Virus record (IMG/VR): IMGVR_UViG_3300035438_001058
Coordinates: 21,209 to 85,208 of that record
Reading direction: 5' to 3' (one strand)
From: a virus
DNA length: 64,000 bases
The translations under genes and the position numbers were made by a program. Positions 39,146 to 52,530 of the stretch are shown here, in pieces (position 1 is the first letter of the stretch; each line of letters starts with the position of its first letter). The notes below the pieces were generated by a model. The model did no database searches. It was not told the DNA's origin and saw only the letters and a program-made list of their open reading frames with translations.

Positions 39146-39874
39146 ATGGCAAGTGTTAAGGAATTACATTACCAGTTTAAATTAAACATGGATAAGGTAG
39201 ATAGTCTTAACGGCCCAGATTTCAATACAGCACAAATTGACTGGCTTTTAACAGAAGCGCAATTGGTGTTTATTAAACAACGTATGTCTATGAGTTCGAA
39301 TTCAAAACAAAAAGGATTTGAACAATCGCAAAAAAGAATTGATGATTTAGGAACATTAGTTATCAAGTTTCCAAATCAAACGGGTATCACTCCCTTAAAC
39401 CCATCTCCAGGAGTTTATGAAGTCTCCTTTAGTTCTTTACTATTTTCATACTTATTTTTAATATCTGCTTGGGCTGATATAACTATATCTCCAAATTGTA
39501 CCAAATCAGTTCCACTTAAATTTACGCAGCACGATGATTATAGGACGTCACTAAAAGACCCCTTTAACGAGGCTGGAGAAGAATTTATACCATATAATAT
39601 AGGAAGATCTTCTAGCAGTAATGATGAATCTGTTTATTTATATTCAGATTTTCCAATACAAAAAGTATATCTGGAATATGTTCGGTACCCATTAAAAGTA
39701 TCATCTGGCACCTACAAATATATAGATGGGGTGATTTATCCAGAGCAATCACTACAAACCGCAACTCAAACCCACTCTGAAATTGTGGACATCGCCTGCT
39801 TACTAGCAGGGATAAGTGCACAAAGTCCGGAGTATATCCAACTTAAGAGTCAAAAACTCTTAATACACGAATAA
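39146..39874 (+). CDS. Head-tail ring/connector-type protein
   Basis: DKVDS...IDWLLTEAQ...GFEQSQKRIDDL...HSEIVDIA. Confidence 0.65.
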   Translation: MASVKELHYQFKLNMDKVDSLNGPDFNTAQIDWLLTEAQLVFIKQRMSMSSNSKQKGFEQSQKRIDDLGTLVIKFPNQTGITPLNPSPGVYEVSFSSLLFSYLFLISAWADITISPNCTKSVPLKFTQHDDYRTSLKDPFNEAGEEFIPYNIGRSSSSNDESVYLYSDFPIQKVYLEYVRYPLKVSSGTYKYIDGVIYPEQSLQTATQTHSEIVDIACLLAGISAQSPEYIQLKSQKLLIHE

Positions 39875-39878
39875 TATT

Positions 39879-41273
39879 ATGATTAATAATCAAAAACGTG
39901 CCACAGAATCTTTTCTAGTGGCAACTACGGCAGCTACGACTATACCTATTACAGGAACATTAAACGACTCAACAACGTCATCAAGTACGTTTGGGAATGT
40001 AAATTTGGCCAACGGTCAACTTGGTTTAGTAGCTCAAGGAATGTCTGGCACTGTGGCATATAATAGTTTTTTGTCCGCAACTCCGGCGCTCACTGGCAGC
40101 AATGCTTTTGCAATCTTCCAAGGAAACGAGAACTCAGCTTCTATGACTTCTGCTACAGCTGTGTACCCACTAGCTGTTCGTCCTTACGAAAGAACCAATG
40201 TTATTGATGGCACTAAAGGTCCTATTCTTGTTACAAAACAAGAGTATAGAGCTGCAACCCACAACATCTGGGCTTTAGGTTCTATTAATACTACCGGTGC
40301 TATAAACGTACTTGATGACACTGAATACCGTTTTTACATGACCTTTGCAGGTCGTAATGTTGACGAACTGTCAAATGGTACAACACAGTCGTCAGGTTTA
40401 AGAGTTTCTTTTACAACTCCCGCAGATCTTTCTACAAATACAGTTACTTATACAAAACCAATTGATTGGATCGCAACTAAACTTGCGTATGAGATTAACC
40501 GCAATTCAAGCGCGTTTACTTTGTCTAGCAAATGGAGAGGAACTAATCCAGTGGTAGCTTTTGCAGTTGGTACATCTGCTACAAACGGTACTTCGATTGC
40601 AGGATTAACAGCTACTGGACAAAATTTGGCAGTATTTACGTATAACGGTACAGATCGTTCTATTTACTTAACTCCTGAGATGGTAGCTTCGTTGAAAGCG
40701 GCAGTTACACCGCCACCAGCAGGAACAACAAATCCTTTTAATTTTACATACATATATAAAGTGGCTGTGAGCGACGCTGGTGTTGCTACTGCAAACGATA
40801 CTTTAGGTGTTCTTATAATGGCTTTAGATCGTACTACTTCTTATGTAGATCGTATCCCAGAAGTTAAGGTTAGAATTCGTCCAGGTTTGAACGCAGGTTT
40901 TAACTATAACACAGTTAGTTTATTAGAACGTTCATTAGCTGACGAAGGTCAAGGTTACTCTCGCCAACTGGATATTCTGTATAAGAATACTGCTGGCCAA
41001 CGTAAGTACGCACAACGCCATGTAGTTGATCCTATTATCGAATACCCATCTCCAATTGTTGCGGGTGGTTCGTATGTAGTTTACAACATTAATCACGGAC
41101 GTTCTGAGCAAGTGTCTTCAACTGGAGGTGCAGTGTATTCCCCATACAGGGAGATTATCTGCATTCCAAGATTTAACAGTGTGGGTGCTACTCATGGCGC
41201 AATAGGCCTGCTTGACGCAGCTTTAAATTCTTATTTATCAGCTACAGCTAATCCAACAGTTATAGTAATTTAA
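39879..41273 (+). CDS. Virion structural protein (auxiliary capsid-type)
   Basis: T/A/G-rich; followed by terminator. Confidence 0.55.
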   Translation: MINNQKRATESFLVATTAATTIPITGTLNDSTTSSSTFGNVNLANGQLGLVAQGMSGTVAYNSFLSATPALTGSNAFAIFQGNENSASMTSATAVYPLAVRPYERTNVIDGTKGPILVTKQEYRAATHNIWALGSINTTGAINVLDDTEYRFYMTFAGRNVDELSNGTTQSSGLRVSFTTPADLSTNTVTYTKPIDWIATKLAYEINRNSSAFTLSSKWRGTNPVVAFAVGTSATNGTSIAGLTATGQNLAVFTYNGTDRSIYLTPEMVASLKAAVTPPPAGTTNPFNFTYIYKVAVSDAGVATANDTLGVLIMALDRTTSYVDRIPEVKVRIRPGLNAGFNYNTVSLLERSLADEGQGYSRQLDILYKNTAGQRKYAQRHVVDPIIEYPSPIVAGGSYVVYNINHGRSEQVSSTGGAVYSPYREIICIPRFNSVGATHGAIGLLDAALNSYLSATANPTVIVI

Positions 41274-41279
41274 TCAACA

Positions 41280-41312
41280 AAGGGGAGTAGGAACAATCCT
41301 ACTCCCCTTTTT
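41280..41312 (+). terminator. Rho-independent terminator
   Basis: aaggggagtagg-aacaat-cctactcccctt then T-run. Confidence 0.85.
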
Positions 41313-41334
41313 CATTACATATAAAGTATAAAAT

Positions 41335-41838
41335 ATGTTAATAAAATATAACGTATCTTCTACCCCTGCTTTGAGAGTAGACAATAAACCTTTGTATAAA
41401 GTTTATACTTCAAACTCAGTAGTGGGAAATGGAACGCAGAGTAGTCCTCTGGCAGTGTTAGGGAAAATAAACGCGAAAGGACTAACAAATGATGGATTAG
41501 ATTATGCTATTTCAGTAGCAAATTTGTCCGGCATTAATTTATTTAGTACGTTAAATAACGGTAAAATACTTTTTTATACTACACTTACTCCTGTAGGAAC
41601 AGATGGTGCGCAAACTATTCATAAGCCAACTGGAGTAGTAAACATTGCAGTGGCAGGTTCCTCAATAGTAGTAACTAATAATTTAGTTACTGCAAACAGT
41701 ACTGTATTTGCTGTTATACGTACAGCTGATTCTACTGCTGCTATAAAAAATGTAGTTCCTGCAGCAGGATCGTTTACTATTAATTTAACTGCTGCAGCAA
41801 CAAGCGCAGTATCTATCGGATTTTTTACAATTAACTAA
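41335..41838 (+). CDS. Virion fibre/decoration protein
   Basis: GNGTQSSPL motif, beta-rich. Confidence 0.55.
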   Translation: MLIKYNVSSTPALRVDNKPLYKVYTSNSVVGNGTQSSPLAVLGKINAKGLTNDGLDYAISVANLSGINLFSTLNNGKILFYTTLTPVGTDGAQTIHKPTGVVNIAVAGSSIVVTNNLVTANSTVFAVIRTADSTAAIKNVVPAAGSFTINLTAAATSAVSIGFFTIN

Positions 41839-41842
41839 TAAC

Positions 41843-42220
41843 ATGAGAAACTTCAAACTTTTTTTAAATAAACAACTCTTTACCACTTCAGGAACTAATC
41901 GTGTAGATCTCCAAAAAGTACTTGGTATAGATTCTAGTATTGATAATAAAACCTTCGTAGGTTTGGGTACAAATACAAATACTCACATTTACGGAAATAT
42001 TAGTACAGGCGCAACTGCTACCACAACCGCAGGAGCTGCTTTTCAAGTAAACAGTACCACAGGAGGATTAGTTGTCCCAGTAATGACGGGAACAGAAGCA
42101 GTAAGTTATAATACTGCTGGAGCACCAGATGGCGCAATTATCCACGTAACAACTGCTAGCGGTGTGTTTTTATCCGCAGGTTTTTGGGGGAAAACTGGTG
42201 GAAGCTGGGCTAAGTTTTAA
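41843..42220 (+). CDS. Fibre-associated protein
   Basis: STTGGLVVPVMT...GAII...FWG. Confidence 0.55.
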   Translation: MRNFKLFLNKQLFTTSGTNRVDLQKVLGIDSSIDNKTFVGLGTNTNTHIYGNISTGATATTTAGAAFQVNSTTGGLVVPVMTGTEAVSYNTAGAPDGAIIHVTTASGVFLSAGFWGKTGGSWAKF

Positions 42221-42242
42221 GTTAATATATAAACCCTAGAGA

Positions 42243-44027
42243 ATGCTAACTATTGATAAGATAAAAACTTTAGAAATCCCTTTTAATTCTACTAGAAAGA
42301 ATAATTTTGGGCCAGCAACTCAAGGACTAGCACTGTACAACGATTCGGTAAACTTATACAAGGCAATTTCTTTAGTATTGTCCAATTACGTAGCGAGTAG
42401 TACTACCGCTGTATTTGCACAAAACGCTGTGGGAAGTATAATGACGGATACAGCGTCCGTTAACTTTACATACAATACCGTTACTCCATCTATTACAGCA
42501 GATGTAATACCAGGAGGAATAAATCACAACAACTTATTAAATTACGTAGCTAATGAACATATAAATCATGCTACAGTAAGTATATTAGCAGGCGCAGGGT
42601 TAACTGGAGGAGGTGATTTAACTTCTTCCAGAACTCTAAACTTGTCTGATTTAATAGTAGCAGAAACTAAGGGAAGTGCCTCAGAGATTCCAGTTATAAC
42701 AGCGAATTCTCAAGGAAGAATTACCGGCTGGGTAAATACCCCTATTTCTATAGACACATCTGCTATAACAAATTTAACCGAAACTATTCAAGATTCTGTC
42801 AGTTCACTTTTAGTAGCTGGTACTGGTATAACACTTAATTATGTAGATGGCCCTGCCACCGGTGGAGGAGGTTCTATAACAATTTCAAGCAGTGCCACCG
42901 GTAATGTTACATCTGTGGGAGCAGTAGCCCCTGCATCAGGTTTTACTATAACTAACACTCCTATAACTTCTTCAGGATCTTTTGTTTTCACACTTACTGA
43001 CGATCTGTTAGCATTAGAAAACTTAAATACTGCTGGTTTTGGGGTTAGAACTGCTACATCTGCTTGGGCCACTAGAAGTTTGTTAGCCAACACTGGTAAT
43101 ATAACTATTACTAATGCTAATGGTGTAACAGGAAATCCTACTTTTGATTTAACATCAACTGGAGTTGTTTCCAGTATTTACGGCTCAGCCACAAGTGTTC
43201 CATCCCTGACTATAGATGGATACGGTAGAATACAAGCTGCTACTGAGCTACTAATTCAATTACCTACATCCCAAATAACACAGTTTAATGAAAATGTACA
43301 GGATATAATAAGCACTACATTAGAAGCTGGGTCAGGAATATTATTAAATTACAACGACGCAGCTAATAAGCTTACTATTATAAACACTGGAACAAGCTCT
43401 AGCGACGGTAATGGTATATACACAGGTTCTGGATTAGTTCCTGCCAGCACTGTAGCTACGTTGACAAGTTCATTCGCAATATCTTCTACTAATTTATCTA
43501 GTTCTTTTTTAGTAAACATAGGAGATACAAATACTGGAGGATTAGTTATAAGCCCATCTACGGCCAGACTTGAATACTTAGCAACTGGAACTAGTAACCT
43601 AATAATAGCAGAAGACGCTGGAATTAGGTTAACTACTAATGCTGGAAAAAGAGTTACAGTTACGGGAACAGACGCTAGATATGCAGCAGATTATTCCGCT
43701 AGCTTTTCGGCCAGATCTTTGGTGGATAAAGGTTATGTAGATGCGTTGTTAAGCACTGGATTACCTTCTGGAACTGCGGGCAATATTTTGATACATAACG
43801 GTACTAATTATGTTTCAGCCACTTCTATTCAAGAGCTAAGAACTGGACTTTCTGGAACTGTGATAACACTATCTAATTCTCCTCTAACATACGCTCCTTT
43901 TGACATTTATAGAAATGGACTTAGGCTAGTGTTAGATGATGATTACACTATAACAGGTAATCAAATAACTTTCGTTGTAGGCTTCATAGCTGCAGATAAA
44001 TTTTTACTTAAATATTATATAATATAA
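42243..44027 (+). CDS. Tail/head fibre protein
   Basis: AGAGLTGGGDL, repeated GSA..P..T....GRI modules, LVDKGYVD. Confidence 0.7.
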   Translation: MLTIDKIKTLEIPFNSTRKNNFGPATQGLALYNDSVNLYKAISLVLSNYVASSTTAVFAQNAVGSIMTDTASVNFTYNTVTPSITADVIPGGINHNNLLNYVANEHINHATVSILAGAGLTGGGDLTSSRTLNLSDLIVAETKGSASEIPVITANSQGRITGWVNTPISIDTSAITNLTETIQDSVSSLLVAGTGITLNYVDGPATGGGGSITISSSATGNVTSVGAVAPASGFTITNTPITSSGSFVFTLTDDLLALENLNTAGFGVRTATSAWATRSLLANTGNITITNANGVTGNPTFDLTSTGVVSSIYGSATSVPSLTIDGYGRIQAATELLIQLPTSQITQFNENVQDIISTTLEAGSGILLNYNDAANKLTIINTGTSSSDGNGIYTGSGLVPASTVATLTSSFAISSTNLSSSFLVNIGDTNTGGLVISPSTARLEYLATGTSNLIIAEDAGIRLTTNAGKRVTVTGTDARYAADYSASFSARSLVDKGYVDALLSTGLPSGTAGNILIHNGTNYVSATSIQELRTGLSGTVITLSNSPLTYAPFDIYRNGLRLVLDDDYTITGNQITFVVGFIAADKFLLKYYII

Positions 44028-45628
44028 TGGCAAGCACTAAATTAAAATTAAATCAAATAGAATCTTTATCCGCCAATTCATTGGTAGGGACCTCAAGTTC
44101 AGGTAGTCCTGTAGCCTTAACTATAGGAACAGGATTAACTCTAAATGGAACTGCACTAGAAGTAACAAATGCGGCGTCTTTAAGAAAAGGATCTGTAACT
44201 TTGGCTACTGCAGCGGCGTTAACTATAACGGCTAGAACATCTGCAACATTATCAATAGGGGCAACTACTTTATCAATAGATGGCGTTGCAGTAGTTAACG
44301 GTAATACTGTTTTAGTAAAAAATAATACTACAGGTGCTGTTGGTGCTGGAGATCCAGATAATGGTGTTTATGTTGTTTCAGGTGTCGGTACAGCTGTTGT
44401 TTTAACACGCGCTGATTGGATGAATGACGCTGCAGAGATTGACGGTGTTTATGTGCTAGTAGAAGACGGTACTCTTGCAGGAACTTTGTGGTTTACTGTA
44501 TCTGAAGTAACTACATTAGGAACTAGTCCCATAGCTTTTCAGCAGATAGCTACTTCCGGCTCTGGCATTTCAACTTTAAATACTTTAACTGCTTCCGCAC
44601 AGACATTTGCTGTTGGTAGTACAGGAACTGACTTTAATATTGTTAGTAGCACAAGCACACACACTTTTAACATCCCTAGCGCTTCTGCTACCAATAGAGG
44701 ATTGTTAACATCTGCAGATTGAACTACTTTTAATAATAAAGTATCTGGATTCGGATCTCAAAATGCAAACCTTGTATTTGCCTCTCCAAATGGCAGTACT
44801 GGCGTTCCTACATTCAGGCTGTTGGTAGCGGCTGATATACCTCCAGTTACAAATGTGGCAGGCGGAGCTTTAGGGGCAGTACATTATCAAAGCGCTAATA
44901 ACGCCACTGCACTTCTTGCTGGAAATATTACTACAACTAAACAATTTTTAACTCAAACAGGTACTGGATCAATATCAGCTGCACCAGCATGGGGGGCAAT
45001 ACTTTCAGCTGATTTACCAACTGTTCCAGTTACAAAAGGTGGAACAGGATTAACTAGTTACGCAATAGGAGATTTACTTCAAGCAACTGCTTCTACAACA
45101 ATAACGCCGTTAGCTGCTGTTGCCACTGGAAATGTGCTTCTTTCTGGAGGTGCCACTACGGCATCTACATGGGGAAAAGTAGGATTAACTACTCACGTCT
45201 CTGGCACCTTGCCATTTGCAAACGGAGGCACAGGTTTAAGTTCTGCTATTCAATGGGGCATACCTTACGCTAGCAGTGCCACGGCGTTAGCATTTACCTC
45301 TGCGGGTACTGCAGGTCAATTTTTAAAATCGAATGAATCTTCAGCCCCATCTTGGGCTAATTCTTTTACAATTACTAAAGTTTATCTTACCAACAGTACT
45401 GCTAGTTCTATACCTTTAAATACAGGATTTCCTGTTACAAATGTCGATGGTACTACTATAAACTTTACTGTTCCAACTAATGTTGATAATGTTTTTGTAG
45501 TTAGAAACGGTTTGTTGTTATCTAGAACTGGTACAGTTTCTAGAGATTACACACTATCAGGACAAGTGTTAACTTTTACCACTGCCTTAACTGCGGATGA
45601 AAATATTTTAATTTATAAATACGAATAA
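44027..45628 (+). CDS. Fibre protein, TGA=Trp at 44720
   Basis: GLLTSAD(W)TTFNNK joins two in-frame fragments; GGTG repeats. Confidence 0.8.
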
Positions 45629-45630
45629 AA

Positions 45631-48600
45631 ATGGCGACTCAGATAAAACTAAAACAAGTAAACCAAGAGAGTGCATCAACTGGACAAGCTGTTGTGTGAA
45701 ATGGAACAAATTGGGCACCTGGATCAGTTACAGCTGGGTCTGCTCAATCTTTATCCACTACTTGCAGAAATGCTACTGGCAGTACCTTATATAAAGGTAC
45801 TATAGTTTACATAACAGGCGCAAATGGCACACATCCAACAATTCAAAAAGCTCAAGCCAACGCTGAGTCTACTTCTGCTGGAACATTTGGAGTGCTCGCT
45901 AATGATATTGCTAATGCCGGAGATGGGGAAGTTTTAAATTTTGGAAGACTTATAGATCTAGATATTAGAATTAATGCGACTAATCCATTTACTGCAGACA
46001 CATTAGCAGCAGGGGACTCTCTGTACTTGTCTCCTATTACAGCAGGTTACGTAACAAATGTAAAACCTTCTGCTCCAAATCACGTGGTATTTATAGGAAC
46101 TTTAGTAACAGCGCAAGTAAATAATGCTTCTGTTATATATAGAATACAAAACGGATACGAGTTAGAAGAACTGCATAACGTTAAGATTTTAGAGCCTGTT
46201 GATAAAAATATTCTTAGGTATAAACAAGGTTCTCCCAATGTGTGGGAAAATGTTACGTTAACTACTGCTATAGGACAAAATGGTATGGTAGGTATAAACA
46301 CTACCGCACCTGCTGCTTATTTAGATATAAAAGATAGCTCTACTAACACTATAACTACAGGAACTAGTATATTCAGTGGTACTTGGACTTCAACAGGATG
46401 GACTGGATCTTTTCCAAGTTTTACACACACTTCTGGAAACACAAGTGTTTTATCTAGCCCATTTACAGTCCCTTCTGGTATAACTTTTATAGAAACAAAC
46501 GTTACGTTTACCGCTGCTCCTCTTACAGGAGCTACGTATTACATAACTAATACCATCACTAGAAATGGAACTGTGGCCACACCTACTGGAAGTACTGGTA
46601 ACTATACTGGAACAATAACATTTGCGGATACTTCTTATTTTTTATTAGGTAATACTATAACTGTAACTGGAACAGGTGCTTTTACTGGGGGTGTAACTAC
46701 TATAACAGCAATAACTTCGAATACTAGCATCAGCTATTCATCTACAGCAACTTCAATCACCGCTGGTGCGATAACTGGGATAACACAGACATATCCTATA
46801 ATTGGAGCTACAGCCAGTTCCACCAGTATTATTGGTGGGTTTAAAGTAGCACCAAGTAGCACCGGAACTATAAACATAATACCCACAAGTACTTTTACTG
46901 GTACTACTTCAGAAATAGGTATATACCCATATAACAATAAGTTCAGTCCTAGTCAAGTACTTAGGAATAGTTCTGATATTATTGTATCAGGACAAAGAGC
47001 TCCTTTAAGCCCTTCTAATATTTTTATCGGCACAGATGCAGGAGAGGTTGTTAATGGGGGTTTAAATAACATTGTTTTAGGTAATATTCATGCAGGTAGT
47101 TTAGAAAATTCTGGAGAAAGTTTAACTTCGGGCTCAAATAATGTTTTATTAGGTGCCGGGACAGGCGCAAGACTTACTGTTGGATCTGGTAATTTATTAT
47201 TAGGATCTTTAGCGGGGGCTAAGATGAGTAGTGGAAATAACAACTTATTTATGGGGAGTTCTTCTGGATTTAATTTTATTTACGGAGTTCAGAACTCAGC
47301 AATAGGTTCGTTAGCTTTAAGTGGCTTAGTTAATGGTAACGGTAATGTTGGTATAGGTCAATCCGCTGGTATTAATATGACCAGTGGTAGTAATAATATA
47401 GCAATTGGTGTAAGTAATAGTTTTTCAAGCGCAACTCCTACAAATGAAATTGTAATAGGACAAGCAGCGGTTGGAAGTGGAAATAACACAGTAACTATAG
47501 GTAATAGTTCCAACTGAAGTACGTTTTTCAAAGGACCCACAATATCTGCTGGAAATGTTTTAGGATTGCGCCTACAAGCAAACACGTACACAGGAATTAA
47601 TATTGCTACAGCTTCTACCACAGCTGGTCTTTATAATGTAGATATCCCTACGTCTTTTTCTTTGAGTAGTCGAGGAACTTTAGCGGGTACTGGAGGTAAT
47701 GATATTGCAATACCTTTAAATATTAGCAATTTTGACTATGCCCCTTCTTCATCAATATCTGTTACAGGTTTTTCTGGTGGTTTTACCGCTGATTTAGTTT
47801 TAAACACAGCCGCAATATCAACAGGGTCTGGATGGACAGGTACTTTAGTATCTGCTGGCTACACACACTCGAGCGGGACAGCTTCTTTAATACCTTGTTA
47901 CTTAGATAAAGGTGGGGCTTATAAAGTAACAATTGTCACTACAGGTAGAACCGTAGGAAGTTATAATATTTATATGGGAGGAACTAATATTGCAACTGTC
48001 CTTACTAATGCCACTGTTACATATTATAAAGTTGCGGGCACTACTACAGACTATTTAGAAATTGTACCTACAACAGATTTTAATGGGGCAGTCTCTATAT
48101 CAGTTTATAAATGCCTTACTGGAAGAATTGTAACGGTAAAAAACACTTCTGCTTTTAATATTGTATTACAAGATAATAATAGTAGTTCTAACGCTGAAAA
48201 TAGATTTAATTTTGGATATAATATATTAATAAAACCTGGTAAAAGTCTAATTATTAGATACGCGGCGTTTATTGATAATATACCCCCTATAGGATGAGAA
48301 TTATTTACTCCAAACAATGCTAACATACCCGCTAATAATTTCCCAGCTACAGTTGCTGATGATACTACTTTAGGTCTTTCTGATATAAGTAATGTAGTAA
48401 GGTTTAGCAACTTAACAGCTAAAACAATAAGAATTCCAAGAGACAATGCTACAAATATCCCTATTGGAAGTCAAATTGATTTACTTAGATATAATACTGG
48501 AACTTTAGCTATAACTGGGGCAATTACAGGCGCTGGAATAAGTGGCACTATTGGAACAGTAAGTGGGGCAGGCCCTTGGACAGCAACTGTTACAGTAACA

Positions 48601-48882
48601 AGCCCTGGAGGCTCATCATTTGCAATTGGTAATCAAGTGGACGCAGCTTCAAGACTTGCATACGGATCGACTTGTACTGTAGCAAGTGCCACCACTCCGA
48701 CTACAGTTCCAATTACTTGCGTAGGCGGTGCCCCAACAGCTGGGGCTATAACTGGATTTGGTGTTACTGCTAAAATTTATTCTGCAAACAATCAGAAGAA
48801 AATTGCATCACAATATGGAATAGTGTCAGCCATTAAAATGGCAGCAGATGAATGGGTATTAGTTGGAAACTTAGGAGCTTAA
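45631..48882 (+). CDS. Long tail fibre, 1083 aa, TGA=Trp at 45697, 47515, 48295
   Basis: GQAVV(W)NGTNWAP; N-x-x-x-G repeats; C-terminal DEWVLVGNL. Confidence 0.8.
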
Positions 48883-48885
48883 ATT

Positions 48886-50379
48886 ATGTTAGGAATCACA
48901 GACAGTAATCAAAAAATAGTATTGGATGGATTAGTGATGCACTGAGATCCATCACACCTAGATTCATATGACGGGGCTACCGTTAATATATATGACATAT
49001 CAGGAAATCCACATACTGGAACTTTAACCAACGGAGCAGCTTATTCAGGAGATAACGGCGGAAGCTTTTACTTTGATGGCACTAATGATTTAGTTGTTGG
49101 AGAAAATCCAGAACAATTAAAATTTTTAGATGGTAATTCTGCTACTTTTTCTGTTTGAATAAAACCATTAACAACTGGAGCAAGTCTTAACTCTATTTAT
49201 CTTAATGCCGATGCTTATATTTGATATTTAACTCCAGCAAGCACTAACTCATACGTCGAGTTTGCTAAACCAAATGTTCAAAATACAGGACAATCCTTAT
49301 CAACAACTCCTGTAAATATGGAAGATTGGAACTGTTTAACTACCACAGTTAGTTATGCTGCCGCTTCTGGTGTTGTTAAACATTATATAAACGGAGAATT
49401 AAAAGCTACAAAAACAAATTTTTCAGGTGCTCCTGTTATCACAAATTATAAAGATGTTATTCCAGGAAACTACCTAACAGGATTTATACTAGGATATTAT
49501 AATTCTAACGCAAACAAAGGTAACATAGGAGATTGCACTATATATAACAGGGTTTTATCTGATGCCGAAGTAAAACAAAACTTTGACGCTATTAAAAATA
49601 GATATTTTGAGATAGATGCTTTTAAAGCTGCTGACGCGTTTATAACTGCGGCAAACATAACAAATACAACTCAAATAGAAGCCATATATACAATGGTCGG
49701 CAAATTATATCAATTTGACCTTTGGCCAAAGTTAAAAGCTATATATCCTATGGTTGGAGGTACAGCAAGTTCACACTCTTATAACTTGAAAAACGTAACT
49801 AAATATCAACTTACGTTTGGAGGTGGCTGAACCCACAGCGCTACAGGGGGGTTACCAGATGGGACTACTGGGTATATAAATACTAACTTTAATGTAAGTA
49901 CCCAGTTTACTACTGCAAATTACTCGTATGGAATCTATTCTAGAACATCGTTACTAGGAACAGGAAATAAAACGTATGGAATTTACGGTACTGTATCTAC
50001 TGTCAATTACAGCATATGGAATGATATGGTAAACGGGCAAGTGCGTAGTGGAGCTGCTGCTAATAACGCAATAAATTATACTCCGGATAATGCTGCAGGA
50101 ATGTTTACTACTTCTCTGAGAAGTTTATCAGATTTTCAGACTTATAAAAATGGAGTAAGTTTAGGTAGTAGTACTACCACAAGATCTTCTACAACCGTAC
50201 TTAACGGAAATTTTTATTTCAGCGCTTATAACAATTTAAATTCAGCTGGGGCTCCAGCATTTTTTTGTCCGTATGAGTTAGCCTTCACATTTTTAGGTAA
50301 TGGATTAACTTCTCAAAATGTAAAAGACTTGTACGATGTTGTGCAAGAATATCAGACTACTTTATCTAGACAAGTATAA
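48886..50379 (+). CDS. LamG/concanavalin-like receptor-binding protein, TGA=Trp at 48943, 49156, 49222, 49828
   Basis: IVLDGLVMH(W)D, FDGTND, TFSV(W)IKP, IYNRVLSDAEVKQNF, FGGG(W)THS. Confidence 0.82.
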
Positions 50380-50663
50380 TGGAGAATAGACAGTATATAA
50401 TATTAAATGTAAATGATTTAGACAAAGTAGATTTTACTCAAATATTAGAGTCTTCTTTACTTACAGTTAGAAAATCAATAGACGGAACAAAGACATTTGT
50501 AAAGTGGGATACCTCAGAGTATCCCACTTTCATAAGTTCCTTAACTAATCCTGAAGGACCATATACGTACGAGGAAATTTTAGAAATATTAAATACTCCA
50601 GAGTGAATAGCCCCTGCGTGGGATTACGGATCTTCTGATGAAACTTTAACAAGCGTACCATAA
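50379..50663 (+). CDS. Small fibre-associated protein, TGA=Trp at 50604
   Basis: RKSIDGTKTFVKW...EILEILNTPE(W); TAA at 50661. Confidence 0.65.
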
Positions 50664-50673
50664 ATTTTAAAAT

Positions 50674-51132
50674 ATGATTCTTACAAAAAGTGCGGACTGT
50701 ACTTCAGTCCTAATTAATTCTTCAAATTTTAATACTAACAATAGATCTAACACACTTTCTGTGTCAGTTAAAGGTGGAACTCCAAAGGTGGTGACACTAG
50801 GGGCGTCCATAACAAACTATGTATTTAATGCCGCTAGTTTAGGATTAACTGAACTTGTCGATGGTCCTTATGAGTTTATATTATCTTCAGTGTTATTGGA
50901 TTTTTCTAAGTCTAGTGATTTAGGCTGCACGGTTTTATTGTGTTCTTACGAATGCGCGTCAGACGTACTAGAGCTTTATAAAAATGCTGATAATCTAGAA
51001 AAAGTTTTGGCTTTTGAAGGGCTTAAGAATGTTACTGAATGTGAAACTTGCGGATGTGATTTAGCTAACAATTTATTTAACATATTCACAAACGAACCTA
51101 CCACAAATGCTAACAGCTGCGGATGTCACTAA
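50674..51132 (+). CDS. Tail hub-type protein with Cys-rich C-terminus
   Basis: Ends SCGCH; synteny. Confidence 0.55.
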   Translation: MILTKSADCTSVLINSSNFNTNNRSNTLSVSVKGGTPKVVTLGASITNYVFNAASLGLTELVDGPYEFILSSVLLDFSKSSDLGCTVLLCSYECASDVLELYKNADNLEKVLAFEGLKNVTECETCGCDLANNLFNIFTNEPTTNANSCGCH

Positions 51133-52489
51133 ATTAAGATGTAACTTTATTTACCTATTAGCAGAGTATTTTAAGTGTAGAAAATATTGCTTAAGTTGTA
51201 GCAAGGATGCGTTACTACAAGCTTTTTTAGATTTTAAATTATCTGAATCATTAGAGTGCCCATTGGACATACATGAAGATTGTAGATTAGAAGGTATAAG
51301 AGCTAAGACAAACGCAATCACGTGCAACTCTGCTAATTTTATATGTAGTACGCAAGCTTCTGTGGTATTAAGCTTTACTAGAGGAGTAGATAAATACACC
51401 ACTAGATTGATAAACCCATTAGACGGAAGTAGGTTTGCTTATTGTATTCCTGAAGACGGCGTGTACCAGAAAGCAAAGATAGATATTATAACAACAGCTC
51501 CTGATGGTTCTACTTATAATTACGGAACTTTACAGTCAGGAAGTTATTTATCTAGCGGTTCTAATTTACCCATTACTACTACCAATATGTATGGCACAGT
51601 TAGATTTCCATTAAGTTCGATTATACCTATGAATAATTTCTCTTATTTACAATGAATTAGATTTCAGGTAACTCAAGCAAATGGAAATGTTTACCTAGTT
51701 CCAAACCTTATAGACTCTGTAGACGTATCAGTAGACTCCACAAGCCCATACTTAGGAAGTGTACCCGCCAATGTTCTTTATACAGCACACCCGGCTTATG
51801 CTGCTAACGTAACTCAGATTTTAAAGAACGCTTTTACAACTATATATAGCGCACAAGTAGCTACTAATGTAGATGCTAAAGTTAGCTTGTATGATGGTAA
51901 CTTAACCGTTACTACAAACGTTTATAATAATCCTACTGGTAGACATATAGGTTTTAAGATTAATTTCGCAAAACCTTATATAACATATCGTAAGGGTACT
52001 TCTTCAGGAGGGCCAAATATAACTGATTGAGGTACAGTTAATCACTCAGCATTAAGTTATCCAACTCAATTTGGAGTTAGATACGATTTTAATTTACCTG
52101 ATGGACCTCGTCATGTTTTTAAAGCTAATAATTGGTACACTTTACCAGAGAATAAGTATTTGACTTTTACATCTGTAGATCCTACTCCTGTATCGTTGGT
52201 GCATAACAGTATTGCCAAACTACAAAGTGAAGATGCTGATGGGGAAATTAAACACGAAGTAAAAGTTATAAACTTAAAAGCAGACTTAACACTACTTGAC
52301 CCACTGGCAAATTATACAGTTACGTGGAAAAATCCTGCTAATGTTATTATTAGCAATAATTTAGAAGTTATAGTTCCAGTTACAGGTAATTCTGTTTATG
52401 GTTACTACACTTTTACCATAACTTTAGCATCTGGGTGCATTATTACTAAAACAATTCAAGTTCAAGCTCCGGACTATGTGCCGGATTAA
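51107..52489 (+). CDS. Structural protein, 460 aa, TGA=Trp at 51653 and 52028
   Basis: Two track fragments in one frame with only TGA between them. Confidence 0.75.
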
Positions 52490-52495
52490 AACATA

Positions 52496-52528
52496 GCCCC
52501 ACTCCTATAAAGGGGTGGGGTTTTTTTA
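52496..52528 (+). terminator. Rho-independent terminator
   Basis: gccccactcc-tataaa-ggggtggggt then T-run. Confidence 0.8.
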
Positions 52529-52530
52529 TT

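Noticed and set aside
41335-52489. Diversity-generating retroelement or invertible fibre cassette
   Set aside because: No reverse transcriptase, recombinase or template/variable repeat pair noticed in this window.
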